From positions 45,260,001 to 45,324,000 of the forward strand of contig OZ024754.1 of assembly GCA_964016885.1 (NCBI GenBank): a stretch of 64,000 nt of DNA, in the 5' to 3' direction. Both the position numbers and the translations under genes were made by a program. Origin of the DNA: Eledone cirrhosa (lineage: Eukaryota). Position 1 is the stretch's first letter. The number at the start of each line of letters is the position of its first letter. Under the pieces are notes generated by a model, which was not told the origin of the DNA, did no database searches, and worked only from the letters and a program-made list of their open reading frames with translations. Shown piece after piece: positions 62,934 to 64,000 of the stretch.

Positions 62934-63569
62934 ACACACCGATATTCAAATTTCTGTTAAAGAGATTAGTTTTATTGCATATATATATATATATTCGGCA
63001 GGCATATTACGTTGAAGTAAAAAGGCTGGTTCGCTCTTGCTTGTGTTAAATGAACATAAAATAATCATTGGTCACGATTGCCGAGTGATTTATTAGAAAT
63101 TTCTCCTTGTTTAGTTAGCACGTTAGTTACTGTCAAGTAGTCAATTATTTGTGAGGACTATAGCAAAGAGGAACGGAGAAAAATAAAGTTAATTACTGAA
63201 TTGATTGCAGTTAATTATTTATGTTTCTGAGGATGTTTTCGATTAGCTACTTAGTTAATTAATTTTCCTTTTATTTATTTATTTGGTTAAATCGATGAAT
63301 ATTTGGTGGGTTATTTCCCTGCATTAGCTACCTTGGCAAATATGTGGAATATGTGTAGATATTAGAACTGTTATTATATATATATGTATGTATATATGGC
63401 CCCGTATCTCCTGAGAGATTGGTAGGGGCACTGTATCGACATAAGTCGTTCCATAGGCATTTTTAATCCTGGCGAAGCCCATCCCACTCCAGAACTGAGT
63501 ACAGTAGATTTCTTCCAGAGAAAAATAGAGAGAGGGAGAGAGAGGAAATGAGAAAGAGATATTAGAGGA

Positions 63570-63782
63570 AGAATCGACCCCAGTACTAGTTTGGTACTTT
63601 TTTATCGAACTTTAAATGATGAAAGGCAAAGTTGACCTCGGTGGGATTTGAACTCAGAGTGCAGAGAGCCGGTATGAATACCTTAAAGTATTCTATCAGA
63701 CGTTCTAACGACTGCCATTCTATCAGACGTTCTAACGACTGCCATTCTATCTGATGTTCTAACGACTCTCAATTCAGCGTCT
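63570..63782 (-). mobile_element. SINE copy containing an internal ~27-bp triplication (63691-63767)
   Basis: gatgaaaggcaaagttgacctcggtgggatttgaactcaga, followed by ttctatcagacgttctaacgactgcca three times. Confidence 0.75.
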
Positions 63783-64000
63783 ATTTGAAATGTTAGTCTT
63801 ACCAGCCAAATCTTACCCAAATCATACTAAACAAACATAAACAAGAAAACAACCATTGTTTAATATAAGATCTAATGAACAGCGCCTGATGATGAAACCC
63901 GTGATGGTAAACTAGATACGATTTTACCTCAATGTGGGTTGACTGAGGTTACAGAATAGCACCAATGACAACATCATGTCACGGTAATCTTAGAATTGGA

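Overview
Eukaryotic, very AT-rich, gene-free window. The SINE family and dense (TA)n/(CA)n tracts suggest an animal, most likely an octopod cephalopod (inference). No host gene is supportable, and most listed ORFs are translated microsatellite (IY/YI/CV/HT runs). The window holds at least five families of Penelope-like retroelements (PLEs, labelled A-E here), almost all inserted in (TA)n tracts. Three carry coding remnants: family A (RT + GIY-YIG, 9739-11232 -) and the Naiad-like families C (31133-32131) and B (43274-44493). Most insertions share one architecture: a tail-bearing direct arm, plus an inverted arm that starts at an internal TA/TAT motif and often carries upstream sequence absent from the direct arm (twin-priming-like). 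Two insertions also have an inverted copy of the 3' host flank on their 5' side, and a third such event has no element at all. Locus-specific variant TA arrays up to about 2 kb surround most insertions. The pLTRs carry type I hammerhead ribozyme motifs, including a variant with a 10-bp stem I and a ~115-nt rod-like stem II. About a dozen tRNA-derived SINE copies or fragments, small tandem repeats and one 200-N gap complete the window.
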